DNA of 64,000 nucleotides, taken from Elusimicrobia bacterium GWC2_61_19. Lineage in GTDB: Bacteria; Elusimicrobiota; Elusimicrobia; Elusimicrobiales; UBA9959. The stretch lies in assembly GCA_001799795.1 (NCBI GenBank), contig MGUD01000025.1, forward strand, positions 75,414-139,413. Direction: 5' to 3'. The position numbers and the translations under genes were made by a program. Below are positions 47,232 to 57,048 of this stretch, piece after piece. How positions within the stretch are numbered: the stretch's first letter is position 1; each line of letters begins with the position of its first letter. A model generated the notes under the pieces. It saw only the letters and a program-made list of their open reading frames with translations, did not search any database and was not told the origin of the DNA.

Positions 47232-47268
47232 AAAAAAACCCCGCGGGAATATTCCCGCGGGTTTTTTT
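47232..47268. terminator. Bidirectional rho-independent terminator
   Basis: A7-CCCCGCGGGAATATTCCCGCGGG-T7. Confidence 0.9.
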
Positions 47269-47281
47269 ATGCCTGCAGCTC

Positions 47282-47503
47282 TTAATTTACGTGCTTGAGC
47301 AGGTGCTCTTTGCGGCGTTTGATCTCCGCTTCGAGTTTCTCGATATTTTCTTTGGCTTTTTCCTTGGTTTCGTCCATCCAGTCGCCCAGTTGCTCGCGGG
47401 TTTCTTTGCCCGCTTTGGGGGCGAACAGTATGCCCAGGGCCGCGCCTATCAGGCCGCCCACCACGAAAGCTCCTATTATTTCTCCGCCTTTGTTTTCAGC
47501 CAT
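47282..47503 (-). CDS. YtxH domain protein
   Basis: GGLIGAALGILFAPKAGKETR signature; GGAGG RBS. Confidence 0.9.
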   Translation of the reverse strand: MAENKGGEIIGAFVVGGLIGAALGILFAPKAGKETREQLGDWMDETKEKAKENIEKLEAEIKRRKEHLLKHVN

Positions 47504-47586
47504 AATTCCTCCGTTAAAATTCAGTTTACCGCGTACCTAATATTATACATTGCCGTGGCGTTTGTCAAACTCTTATAATACTCTTA

Positions 47587-48870
47587 ATGAAAATAGCGTT
47601 TTTTGCGCTTGCGCTGGCCTTTTCGCCCTCGATGGCGGCGGCCTATCCGCACGACGCGCAGCTCAGCGCAAAACTTAAAAAAGAATTCGAGGCGGTCATA
47701 AGTTCCTCCGCGGCCGGCCGGGAACTTTACGCCCGCCTGGAGAAAGCCGGGCCCGGCTATGCCGCCCTGAAAGTGCTGGTCAGGCGCGACCCGGCGGACT
47801 GTTTCGCCTGGTTCGACCCGTCGGCCAACGCCGTCTATTTCAATTCCAGGTTCATACTGAAATTCTTCGAGACCAGGGGGTTCAAGGACCCCAAGGTGGT
47901 GGAGGTGCTCTGGAGCAATAAGGAAGTCCGCGCCGAACTGGTGCGGCGCGCCGATCCGGTTTACCTGCACGAACTGGTGCACGCCCTGCAGTGCTATCTC
48001 TACCCCGAGTACCGGCGCGATGCCGGCGCCAACCCGCTGGAGTTCGAGTACGAGGCCTACCTGACGGAGGATATGTACGTTCACGAGCGTATGAAGGCGG
48101 ACCCCGGGCCGCTCAAGGATTTCATTCTCGGCGTTTATACGGACATCTATACCGCCAATATTTTCGGCAGCTACCTATCGCTGTCCCTCGATCCGGCGCG
48201 CTACAGGGAGAGGATACGCCGTTTTTACGAGGAGCAGCTGGGCGGCTACCTGAGCCTGGAAAAAGCCGAGACGATAAAGAAGAACGGCCTGGCCGATTCA
48301 AAGATCTTCGCCTACGCCTCCGGTAATATCGGTGGGTACACCGACGATACCGCCTCCCTGGCGCGGCTGCGCGCGCAGAAGGCGGAGTTCTCGCGCTTCC
48401 TGGAGGATTTTTACGCCGTGCGCTGGCCGGCTTTCAGCGCCGACGCGCTGCTTTTCGTGGGCACCCTGGCGCTGGAGCAGAAGAACTACCCGCTGGCGCT
48501 GGACTGCCTGGCCGTGGCCGACGCCAACTCGCCCGGCTACGGCCTGTCCGCGGAGGCCCTGGCCGCCCTCAGGACCAAGGGCGCGCTGGCGGTGCTGGAA
48601 ACCGCGTCCTTCATCCGTGATACCGGCGGAAAAATGAGCGTCGAAGTGCTCAGCCAGCACTTGAAGGCGCTTGAAAAAGCCTGCGCCGCCACGGGCCGCC
48701 CTTTCCCCGGGGACCTGGCCGGGCTGCGGGTGGAAACCTACCCCAAAGCCATGGCCTACTACGCTAAAAAATACGCGGCTGAAACGGACCGGCCCCGCAG
48801 GGACTACTACAAGGAAAATCTGGACTATTTCTCGGCCGGCTCCGGCCCCGCGGGCGGCGGGCGGCGGTGA
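47587..48870 (+). CDS. Exported putative zinc metallopeptidase (HExxH) with helical C-terminus
   Basis: Signal peptide; YLHELVHALQ and downstream EYEAY. Confidence 0.6.
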   Translation: MKIAFFALALAFSPSMAAAYPHDAQLSAKLKKEFEAVISSSAAGRELYARLEKAGPGYAALKVLVRRDPADCFAWFDPSANAVYFNSRFILKFFETRGFKDPKVVEVLWSNKEVRAELVRRADPVYLHELVHALQCYLYPEYRRDAGANPLEFEYEAYLTEDMYVHERMKADPGPLKDFILGVYTDIYTANIFGSYLSLSLDPARYRERIRRFYEEQLGGYLSLEKAETIKKNGLADSKIFAYASGNIGGYTDDTASLARLRAQKAEFSRFLEDFYAVRWPAFSADALLFVGTLALEQKNYPLALDCLAVADANSPGYGLSAEALAALRTKGALAVLETASFIRDTGGKMSVEVLSQHLKALEKACAATGRPFPGDLAGLRVETYPKAMAYYAKKYAAETDRPRRDYYKENLDYFSAGSGPAGGGRR

Positions 48871-48962
48871 ATTTCTTTTTCCCTTGAACTGGGCCCCAAT
48901 ATTGAGTAAATTATTCTTATTAATAATTATGCGGGCCGTAAAAATATCAGCGGGAGGAAAAT

Positions 48963-50192
48963 ATGATCGACATCGCCAAGAATATCGCCACCGCCCCCAG
49001 ACGCACCAAAGCTTCCGTTATCCGTGAACTCCTCAAGATCACCAATAAACCCGGTGTCATCTCCTTCGCCGGCGGCCTGCCCGACCCAGAACATTTCCCC
49101 TACGATTTTGTGGCTAACTCCGTTAAGGAGATAATGGCCAAGAAAGGCAAAGTGGCCCTGCAGTACGGCCCCACCGACGGCCTGCCCGAGCTGAAGGAAG
49201 AATTCATAAAGTTCCTGAAGAAGCACGAGGGCATAGACGCCAAGCCCGAGAACCTCATCATCACCACCGCCAGCCAGCAGGCGCTGGACATGGTGGGGCG
49301 CCTGTTCATCGACGCGTCCGACCCCGTGCTGGTGGAAAAACCCAGCTATATGGGCGGCCTGCAGGTGTTCAAATCCTACGGCGCGGAGTTCATCGGCGTC
49401 AAGCTCGAGGACGACGGCGTCAGCACCGAGGAGCTGGAAGAGAAACTGGCCTGGCTGCGCAGCCAGGACGAGCATTACAAATTCATCTACCTGGTGCCGG
49501 ATTTCCAGAACCCCAGCGGCGTGACCCTCTCCGCGGAGAAGCGGAAAAAAGTGATAGAGCTGTCCGACAAGTACGACGTGGCCGTGATAGAGGACTCGCC
49601 TTACCGCCAGATCCGCTTCGAAGGTACGGCCCCCGACATGCTCTACCGCATGGACAAGGAATCCCGCAAGACCGACAATATAATTTCCCTGTTCACATTC
49701 TCCAAGACTTTCGCGCCCGGCCTGCGCCTGGGCATTATCCTGGCCCACCCGCAGATCATAAAGAAGATGGAGATCCTCAAGCAGTCGCTCGACCTCTGCA
49801 CGTCGAGCCTCAACCAGCTGATCGCCGCCGACTTCCTGCGCAGCGGCTACTTCGAAAAGCACATACAGGTGATCAAGAAGACCTATAAGCTCAAGAAGGA
49901 CACCATGGTGGGCGCGCTGGAGAAATATATGCCCGAGGGCGTCACCTGGACCAGGCCCGAAGGCGGCCTGTTCCTGTGGGTGCGCCTGCCCGAGGGGATG
50001 AGCGCCGACGATATGTTCCAGGACGCGCTGAAGGAGAACGTGGCCTACGTGATCGGCTCGGCTTTCCACTCCGACGGCTCCGGCAAGAACACGATGCGCC
50101 TGAATTTCTCCTATCCCACGCCGGAAGATATCGACGAGGGAATAAAGCGCCTTGCCACCGCCGTCAAGAAGCGCCTTGTCGGCGCCAAATAG
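48963..50192 (+). CDS. PLP-dependent aminotransferase class I/II (LysN/ARO8-like)
   Basis: ISFAGGLP, LQYG, FQNPSG, EDSPY, TFSKTFAPGLRLG. Confidence 0.93.
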   Translation: MIDIAKNIATAPRRTKASVIRELLKITNKPGVISFAGGLPDPEHFPYDFVANSVKEIMAKKGKVALQYGPTDGLPELKEEFIKFLKKHEGIDAKPENLIITTASQQALDMVGRLFIDASDPVLVEKPSYMGGLQVFKSYGAEFIGVKLEDDGVSTEELEEKLAWLRSQDEHYKFIYLVPDFQNPSGVTLSAEKRKKVIELSDKYDVAVIEDSPYRQIRFEGTAPDMLYRMDKESRKTDNIISLFTFSKTFAPGLRLGIILAHPQIIKKMEILKQSLDLCTSSLNQLIAADFLRSGYFEKHIQVIKKTYKLKKDTMVGALEKYMPEGVTWTRPEGGLFLWVRLPEGMSADDMFQDALKENVAYVIGSAFHSDGSGKNTMRLNFSYPTPEDIDEGIKRLATAVKKRLVGAK

Positions 50193-50204
50193 TTCCTTTA
50201 ATTA

Positions 50205-51551
50205 ATGCCAGACTTCTCAGCCGAATTCAGCCTGAACCTGCGCCGCGCCGGAGTAGTGGGAGCCGGCGGCGCGGGCTTCCCCGCTTATGTGAAAGCGCAG
50301 GGCAGGGCCGAATACGCCATCGTCAACGCGGCCGAGTGCGAACCCCTCCTGAAGAAGGACCAGAAGATACTGGAGTATTTCCCCGCCAGGGTTTTCGACG
50401 GGCTTGAAATGCTGATGAGGGCCGTCGGCGCGAAGCGGGGGATAGTCGGGATCAAGAAGAAGCACGATAAAATAATTCCGCGCCTTGAGGAAATAGCCAA
50501 AAGCCGGAAGAATATTTCCATACTTAAGATGGGGGATTATTACCCCGCCGGCGACGAGCAGTGCCTGGTTTATGAAGCCACCGGCCGCATAGTGCCGCCG
50601 GGCGGCCTTCCGCTGGCGGTGGGCTGCGTGGTCAGTAACGTGGAAACCCTTTATAACGCGGCCTTTCCCGGCCGGCCGGTCACCGAGACTTTTATAACCG
50701 TGAACGGCGCCGTTAAAAAGCCGGCTACCTTCAGAGTTCCGGTGGGCATAACCTGGCGCGAGGCTGTGGATCTCTGCGGAGGTCTTACCGTAAAGGACCC
50801 CGCCTATATCGACGGCGGTCCGATGATGGGTATAGTGCGGACCGATTTCGAGCTGCCGGTGGTAAAGGCCTCCGCCGGCATAATAGTCCTGCCTAAAGAC
50901 CATTCCCTTATCGTTAAAAAAGCGGTTAGCCGCCCCGTGTTCACCCGGATAGGCCGCTCCGCCTGCGACCAGTGCTCTTTCTGCACCGAGTTCTGTCCGC
51001 GCTACCTGCTGGGCCACGACGTGCAGCCGCACCGCGTGATGCGCACCATGCTTTTTTCCGCCGGTCCGGAACACAAACTGCACAGCCAGTACGGGCTGCT
51101 TTGCTGCGAATGTTCGTTGTGCAGTCTCTACGCCTGCCCTGAGGGGCTGAACCCGCGCGAAGCCTGCGTGGCCGCCAAGTCCGATCTGCGCGAACTCAAG
51201 ATCGGCTTTAAAAATTCCTCTCTGAACTCCGGCCGCGCGCCGCAGGCGCACCCGGTGCGCGATTTCCGCAAGGTGCCGGTCTCAAAACTGGTTAAAAGGC
51301 TGGGGCTTGAGGATTACAACAAGGACGCGCCCTGGACCGAGGTGTCGTGCAAACCAGCGCGCGTCAAAATCTTAATGAGCCAGCATGTCGGCGCGCCCTG
51401 CGCCCCTTCCGTGAAGGAAGGGCAGAAAGTGGAGAAGGGCGCGGTAGTGGGGGACCTGCCGGCGGACAAACTGGGCTGCCCGGTGCACGCCAGCATTTCC
51501 GGCACCGTAGCGAAGGTCAACGAAAAATACGTGGAAATACAGGCGGACTGA
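50205..51551 (+). CDS. pduS: BMC-associated PduS/RnfC-like flavin Fe-S oxidoreductase
   Basis: GVVGAGGAGFP, NAAECEP, GGPMMG, CDQCSFCTEFCP, CCECSLCSLYACP. Confidence 0.88.
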   Translation: MPDFSAEFSLNLRRAGVVGAGGAGFPAYVKAQGRAEYAIVNAAECEPLLKKDQKILEYFPARVFDGLEMLMRAVGAKRGIVGIKKKHDKIIPRLEEIAKSRKNISILKMGDYYPAGDEQCLVYEATGRIVPPGGLPLAVGCVVSNVETLYNAAFPGRPVTETFITVNGAVKKPATFRVPVGITWREAVDLCGGLTVKDPAYIDGGPMMGIVRTDFELPVVKASAGIIVLPKDHSLIVKKAVSRPVFTRIGRSACDQCSFCTEFCPRYLLGHDVQPHRVMRTMLFSAGPEHKLHSQYGLLCCECSLCSLYACPEGLNPREACVAAKSDLRELKIGFKNSSLNSGRAPQAHPVRDFRKVPVSKLVKRLGLEDYNKDAPWTEVSCKPARVKILMSQHVGAPCAPSVKEGQKVEKGAVVGDLPADKLGCPVHASISGTVAKVNEKYVEIQAD

Positions 51552-51555
51552 ATTT

Positions 51556-52104
51556 ATGCTAAATGCTATCGGCGGGGTTGAACTCTCGAGCGTGGCCAAA
51601 GGCCTGGAAGCGGCCGACGCCATGCTTAAAACTTCGGATATAAAACTTCTGTTGTCGCGCTCCATCTGCGCCGGCAAGTATCTCATTCTGCTGGCCGGGG
51701 ACGTGGGCAGCGTGAACGCGGCGGTGGAGGCCGGCGCGGCCAAAGCCGCGCACTCGCTGGTGGACAGTTTCGTCATCCCCAATATCCATCCTGAAGTTTT
51801 TCCTGCTATAGAAGGCACCACCGTAGTGGAAGGCCTTGAATCCCTGGGCATCATAGAGGCCTTCTCCGCCTCCGCCCTGGTAGAGGCCGCGGACGCGGCG
51901 GTAAAAGCCGCGCCCGTGAAACTCCTGGAGATCCGCCTGGCCATGGCCCTGGGCGGCAAAGCTTTCGTGACGCTGACCGGGTCGGTCGCCGCGGTAGAAA
52001 CCGCCGTGGCCGCCGGCGCCGCCGTGGCCGGCAAAAAAGGCCTGCTGGTGGAGAAGGTCGTGATCCCGCAGCCCAGGCCGGAACTGCTGCGCGAACTGAT
52101 TTAG
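51556..52104 (+). CDS. pduT: BMC-T shell protein, PduT-like (Fe-S Cys present)
   Basis: Tandem BMC domains; RSICAGKY matches the PduT TICPGK motif. Confidence 0.88.
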   Translation: MLNAIGGVELSSVAKGLEAADAMLKTSDIKLLLSRSICAGKYLILLAGDVGSVNAAVEAGAAKAAHSLVDSFVIPNIHPEVFPAIEGTTVVEGLESLGIIEAFSASALVEAADAAVKAAPVKLLEIRLAMALGGKAFVTLTGSVAAVETAVAAGAAVAGKKGLLVEKVVIPQPRPELLRELI

Positions 52105-52160
52105 GGCTGCCGCCGCTTTATATTGTTTGTATAATCTTTTATTAATTAAGGAGACTCGAA

Positions 52161-52940
52161 ATGGCTTCTGACAAACGGACACCGATGATAGCGGGCAACT
52201 GGAAAATGCATCTCACTGCCAAGGAGGCCGCCGACCTGGCCGCCGCCATAAAGAAAGGCCTCGACCCCGACCTTAAGCACGAAGTGCTGCTGGCCCCGAC
52301 TTTTACCAACCTGCACGCCGTAAAGGCCGTGCTGGCCGGTTCGAAAATAATACTCTCGTCCCAGGACGTAGCCTGGGAGGAAAAAGGCGCCTTCACCGGC
52401 GCGGTTTCCCCGTCGCAGCTGATAGACGCGGGCTGCACCGCCGCCATCATCGGCCACTCCGAGCGCCGCAAGGTGTTCCTGGAGACCGACGAGATGATCA
52501 ACAAGAAGATGAAGGCCGCCATAAAGGCCAGCCTTATCCCCGTGCTCTGCATCGGCGAGACGCTGGAAGAGCGCGAGAGCCAGAAGACCTACCGCGTGCT
52601 GGAAACCCAGCTTAACGGCGCTTTCGCCGGCATCACCGCCGCCGAGGCCTCCAAAGTCGTCATCGCCTACGAGCCCGTCTGGGCCATCGGCACCGGCAAG
52701 ACCGCCACCCCCGACCAGGCCCAGGATGCCCACGTTTTCGTGCGCAAGCAGATGGAGCGCATTTACGGCAAACCCTACGCCGAAGCCGTGCGCGTGCTTT
52801 ACGGCGGTTCGGTAAAGGCCGACAACGTGGACGAACTTATGGCGCAGCCCGACATCGACGGCGCGCTGGTGGGCGGGGAAAGCCTCAAGGCCGACAAGTT
52901 CCTGCGCGTGATACATTTCCAGGCGGTGCTGAGCAGATAA
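52161..52940 (+). CDS. tpiA: Triosephosphate isomerase
   Basis: AGNWKM, GHSERR, AYEPVWAIGTG, LYGGSV, LVGG. Confidence 0.98.
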   Translation: MASDKRTPMIAGNWKMHLTAKEAADLAAAIKKGLDPDLKHEVLLAPTFTNLHAVKAVLAGSKIILSSQDVAWEEKGAFTGAVSPSQLIDAGCTAAIIGHSERRKVFLETDEMINKKMKAAIKASLIPVLCIGETLEERESQKTYRVLETQLNGAFAGITAAEASKVVIAYEPVWAIGTGKTATPDQAQDAHVFVRKQMERIYGKPYAEAVRVLYGGSVKADNVDELMAQPDIDGALVGGESLKADKFLRVIHFQAVLSR

Positions 52941-52944
52941 ACCA

Positions 52945-53577
52945 ATGGACGAGAAGCTGCTGAAAGAAATACTCGAAGACCTGAAGCTCCGGGTTGAGCG
53001 TTCGGCTCTGGCCGTTCCCGTGGGTATTTCCAACCGGCACGTGCACCTGACGAAGGAAGATTTCAGAACGCTGTTCGGCGCGGGCGCCGACGACACCCGG
53101 CTTAAGCCGGTGAAGCAGCCGGGCCAGTACGCCTGCAACGAGCGGGTGACGGTAGAGGGCCCCAAGGGCGCCCTCAAGGACGTCCGGATGATAGGGCCGT
53201 ACCGGAACTACAGCCAGGTGGAAGTCTCTCTGGGCGACGCGCGCCGGCTGGGCGCGGAACCGCCGATACGCGACTCCGGCAAGCTGGCTAATTCCCCGGG
53301 CATAAAGCTGGTCGGGCCGAAAGGTTCCGTCACGCTGAAACAGGGCCTGATCCTGTCCAAGAGGCATATCCATTTCAACGTGAAGGAAGGCGCGGCGTAC
53401 AAGGTGAAAGACGGCCAGGAAGTGCGCGTGCTGTGCGGACGCGGCACCGAGCGGGAGACCATTTACGAGCGGGTGCTGTGCCGCGTTTCCGACGCGTATG
53501 CGCTGGAGCTGCACCTGGACGTGGAAGAGGCCAACGCCGCCGGGCTGCGCAACGGCGACCCGGCCTACGTCGTTTAA
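52945..53577 (+). CDS. pduL: Phosphotransacylase PduL with N-terminal encapsulation peptide
   Basis: GISNRHVHL, QPGQYA, RHIH, HLDVEEANA; N-terminal helix MDEKLLKEILEDL. Confidence 0.93.
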   Translation: MDEKLLKEILEDLKLRVERSALAVPVGISNRHVHLTKEDFRTLFGAGADDTRLKPVKQPGQYACNERVTVEGPKGALKDVRMIGPYRNYSQVEVSLGDARRLGAEPPIRDSGKLANSPGIKLVGPKGSVTLKQGLILSKRHIHFNVKEGAAYKVKDGQEVRVLCGRGTERETIYERVLCRVSDAYALELHLDVEEANAAGLRNGDPAYVV

Positions 53578-53634
53578 GGCGCGGCTGGAGAAAATTCAGG
53601 CAGAACAAATTCGGTAGTTTTACAGGAGGATACT

Positions 53635-53919
53635 ATGGACGCACTCGGAATGATAGAAACCAAAGGCCTTGTGGCCTGCGTGGAAGCGGCCGACGCCGCC
53701 GTGAAAGCCGCCAACGTCAAGATCGTCGGCTACGAAAAGATCGGCTCCGGCCTTGTGACCATCCTTTTCAGGGGTGAAGTGGCCGCCTGCCGCGCCGCCT
53801 GCGACGCCGGCGCCGCCGCCGCCCAGAAAGTGGGGGAGCTCGTGAGCGTGCACGTCATACCGCAGCCTCACGCCGACCTGGAAGGCAAGCTGCCCATCAG
53901 CGAAGCCAAGCGCAAATAA
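53635..53919 (+). CDS. BMC-H hexameric shell protein (EutM/PduA family)
   Basis: [28 protein letters not shown]. Confidence 0.95.
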   Translation: MDALGMIETKGLVACVEAADAAVKAANVKIVGYEKIGSGLVTILFRGEVAACRAACDAGAAAAQKVGELVSVHVIPQPHADLEGKLPISEAKRK

Positions 53920-53926
53920 TCGGGAT

Positions 53927-53986
53927 GGGGTCAGGTCTTGATTTTTAGCATTTTCCCAAAAATGCTAAAAATCAAGACCTGACCCC
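53927..53986. repeat. Perfect 28-bp inverted repeat (REP-like palindrome)
   Basis: GGGGTCAGGTCTTGATTTTTAGCATTTT-ccca-AAAATGCTAAAAATCAAGACCTGACCCC. Confidence 0.92.
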
Positions 53987-54002
53987 GCGCAGAGGAGGAA
54001 TC

Positions 54003-54311
54003 ATGCTATTCGCACGAGTAGTGGGTAACGTGGTCTGCACCCGCAAGGACGATAAACTTGTGGGGACCAAACTTTTGATGGTGCAGCCGGTGGGCCTGGA
54101 CGACAAGCCGCGCGGCAATACGCTCGTCGGCATAGACGCCGTCGGGGCGGGCACCGGCGAACTGGTGCTGCTGGTGCAGGGCTCCAGCGCCCGCCAGACC
54201 TCCAAAACGGAGAACACCCCGGTGGACTGCACTATTTTCGCCATAGTGGACACTATAGAGAAGGACGGCAAGGTGGTATTTAAAAAGTCCGCGGACAAGC
54301 TGAACGGGTAG
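54003..54311 (+). CDS. BMC-P pentamer (EutN/CcmL) #1
   Basis: ARVVGNVVCTRK, DAVGAGTGE, GSSAR, IVD. Confidence 0.95.
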   Translation: MLFARVVGNVVCTRKDDKLVGTKLLMVQPVGLDDKPRGNTLVGIDAVGAGTGELVLLVQGSSARQTSKTENTPVDCTIFAIVDTIEKDGKVVFKKSADKLNG

Positions 54312-54323
54312 TCTTGGAACCTT

Positions 54324-55733
54324 ATGCCCCTTAGCGAAGAAGATCTGAAAAAAATCGTCACCGAGGTCGTACGCAACCTCGGCGAACAGACCGGCGGCGG
54401 CGCCGGCCAGGCCGGCCCCGTGTTCGAGACCGTGGACGAGGCCGTCAACGCCGCCGAAAAAGCCCAGCCCGTTTTTCAGGACCTGGGGCTCGACGCGCGC
54501 GGTAAAATAATCGCCGCCATGCGCGAAGCGTCCCGCGCCAACGCCCGGCGCTGGGCGGAGGCCGCCGTGGCCGAGACCGGCATGGGCCGCGTAGCCGACA
54601 AAGTGCTTAAGAACCTGCTTTCGGCCGACAAGACCCCCGGCGTGGAGGACCTGCGCGCCGTGGCTTACACCGGCGACAAGGGGCTGGCCCTGGTGGAATA
54701 CGCGCCTTTCGGCGTGGTCGCCGCCATCACCCCTTCCACCAACCCGGTGGCCACTATCATCAGTAACGCCATAGGAATCCTGTCCGCCGGCAACTCGGTG
54801 GTGTTCTCGCCGCACCCGGCCGCAAAGGGTTGCGTGGCCGACGCGGTGCGCGTGCTGGATAAAGCCATCGTGGCGGCTGGCGGCCCGGCCAACCTGATCA
54901 CCACCATCGCCAAGCCCACCCAGGAAGCGACCAAACAGCTTTTATGCCATCCGAAGGGCCGCCTGAATATGGTGACCGGCGGCCCCGCTATAGTGAAAGT
55001 GGCCATGACCGCCGGTAAGGCCTGCAAGACCATAGCCGCCGGCCCCGGCAACCCGCCCATCGTGGTGGACGAAACCGCCGTTTTCCCGGACTGCGCTGCC
55101 GAGATCATTACCGGCTGCGGCTTCGACAACAACGTGCTCTGCATCGCCGAGAAGGAAGTCATAGTGACGGAGGCCGCCCGGGCCCGCTTTCTGGAAGCCA
55201 TGCGCCGGGACCACCGCGCCTACGAACTGACCGGGGAGCAGATGGACGCGCTGGCGAAGCTCGCCATCCTTGAGCCCGGCCGCGAACCCAGGATCAACCG
55301 CGATTTCATCGGCAAGAACCCGTCGGTGATAGCGCGGGCCATCGGCCTGACCCTCTCCGACGACATCCGCGTGCTCTGGGCTGAAGTGCCCAACGACCAC
55401 CCCTTCGTGGTCAGCGAGCAGCTCATGCCGGTACTGCCGGTGACCGTAGCTAAGGACATCGACGCCGCCATCGAACTGGCCCGCCTGGTAGAGTGGGAGA
55501 ACCACCACAGCGCCGGCATGTATTCCACCAATATAAAGAACATGACCAAGATGGGCCGCCGCATGGCGTGCTCCATCTTCGTGAAGAACGGCTGCACCCT
55601 GCACGGCCTGGGGCTGGGCGAGGGCTACGCCTCCATGTCCATCGGCACGCCTACCGGCGACGGCATCACCAAGACCAGCCATTTCGTGCGGCCGCTGCAG
55701 TGCAGCGTGGTGGGAGATCTGCGACTAGCGTAA
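54324..55733 (+). CDS. CoA-acylating aldehyde dehydrogenase (EutE/PduP family) with encapsulation peptide
   Basis: LSEEDLKKIVTEVVRNL; ITPSTNP, AGPGNPP, FDNNVLCIAEKE, TPTGDG. Confidence 0.93.
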   Translation: MPLSEEDLKKIVTEVVRNLGEQTGGGAGQAGPVFETVDEAVNAAEKAQPVFQDLGLDARGKIIAAMREASRANARRWAEAAVAETGMGRVADKVLKNLLSADKTPGVEDLRAVAYTGDKGLALVEYAPFGVVAAITPSTNPVATIISNAIGILSAGNSVVFSPHPAAKGCVADAVRVLDKAIVAAGGPANLITTIAKPTQEATKQLLCHPKGRLNMVTGGPAIVKVAMTAGKACKTIAAGPGNPPIVVDETAVFPDCAAEIITGCGFDNNVLCIAEKEVIVTEAARARFLEAMRRDHRAYELTGEQMDALAKLAILEPGREPRINRDFIGKNPSVIARAIGLTLSDDIRVLWAEVPNDHPFVVSEQLMPVLPVTVAKDIDAAIELARLVEWENHHSAGMYSTNIKNMTKMGRRMACSIFVKNGCTLHGLGLGEGYASMSIGTPTGDGITKTSHFVRPLQCSVVGDLRLA

Positions 55734-55734
55734 T

Positions 55735-57024
55735 ATGAAAATTTCAATTAGCCGCGTGGAGGGGGTGCTTAAAAAGCTGATTTCTTTTGCCGGCTTTTTG
55801 TTTATCTGCGCGCCCGTTTCTGCCGAACCGCTTGAGAGACTTGCCGACAGGCTTCAGCAGGGCATTGAAGAGTATCGGAACATTAAAATGGCCGTGCTTG
55901 AGTTCCCATATACAAACGGGAAGCGTTCTGACGGTCCCGCGATCGTGCAGGAGAGGCTGACGACCCTGTTCGCTAAGAATAAAAGAATAACGCTCATTGA
56001 ACGTAATCTTCTGTTGAAAGTGGCGGGTGAATTAAAGCTTCAGGCCTCCGGCGCCATGGATGAGGCGTCAACCCAGAAAATGGGGAAATTGCTCGGCGCC
56101 GAAGCGGTATTGACCGGAACTTTAAACGACTTGAACGACAAGGAAGTCGAAGTAAACGCCAGGGTTCTTCTCATTCAAACCGCTAAAATAGTTTCGGCGG
56201 AGAAAATTACCATTCAAAAAACATGGAAAGATCCGCAGGCTTCCTTCAGCGCCGGGATAACCAGTACTGAAGCTATGATATCCCGCCTTGATGCGAATGA
56301 GAAATATACTTTCAAAACGGTGAATTTCAAGTCGGGAAGGATCCAGAGAACCTATTCCAGCGATAAAGCCGTTATCGCCGTTGAGATCGCCGGAAAAACC
56401 GGAGAGCTTCTAAAACGCACAAGGGAATTGCCGGATAGTTTTTACAGCGAATATTATGCTGATGGAACTTTGAAGACCAAAAAAATACTGGTAAATTCCA
56501 GGGAATACGGGCCATTCAAAACGTTCTTCCCCAACGGCATACTGCAGAACGAGGCGTATTACGCCGAAGGGAAGCTGGACGGGGCAGTGAAGATATACAA
56601 TGAAAGCGGGAAGCTGCTGTTCGAACAGACTTTCAAGAACGGGATTCCTGACGGTTATTTTAAGGAATATGACCAAAATGGAAGCGTTAAATCCGAGACT
56701 TTCTACAAAGACGGACACAGGGCGGCTTTGCCGGACGATAATGCCTCAGCGAAAAGTATAATGGTAAAGCCCATTAAACTGGCGCGCGGAGAGGAATTCG
56801 TTTTTTATGCGGATAAAAAGTATCTTTGTAAAATAACAGTAGACAGGGAATTTCGTGTCCTTTCAAGGCAGGGCCAGTGTCCGGACGGTATCGCGCGGGC
56901 ATATTCAAAGGAAGGGAAACTGGAAAAAGAGTTCATATTTGCCGGCAACGTGGTTTCCTCCCTTAAGATATATGACGAGACCGGCAATGTGGTGTCGGAA
57001 AAGGAATACGCTTCTAAAAATTGA
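55735..57024 (+). CDS. Exported FlgO/CsgG-like plus MORN-variant repeat protein (low-GC insert)
   Basis: Signal peptide; LIER…GKLLGAEAVLTG; repeated YxxGxL…xxGxxDG units; AT-rich codons. Confidence 0.75.
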   Translation: MKISISRVEGVLKKLISFAGFLFICAPVSAEPLERLADRLQQGIEEYRNIKMAVLEFPYTNGKRSDGPAIVQERLTTLFAKNKRITLIERNLLLKVAGELKLQASGAMDEASTQKMGKLLGAEAVLTGTLNDLNDKEVEVNARVLLIQTAKIVSAEKITIQKTWKDPQASFSAGITSTEAMISRLDANEKYTFKTVNFKSGRIQRTYSSDKAVIAVEIAGKTGELLKRTRELPDSFYSEYYADGTLKTKKILVNSREYGPFKTFFPNGILQNEAYYAEGKLDGAVKIYNESGKLLFEQTFKNGIPDGYFKEYDQNGSVKSETFYKDGHRAALPDDNASAKSIMVKPIKLARGEEFVFYADKKYLCKITVDREFRVLSRQGQCPDGIARAYSKEGKLEKEFIFAGNVVSSLKIYDETGNVVSEKEYASKN

Positions 57025-57048
57025 CTTTTGAGACATAGGAGAATTTAT

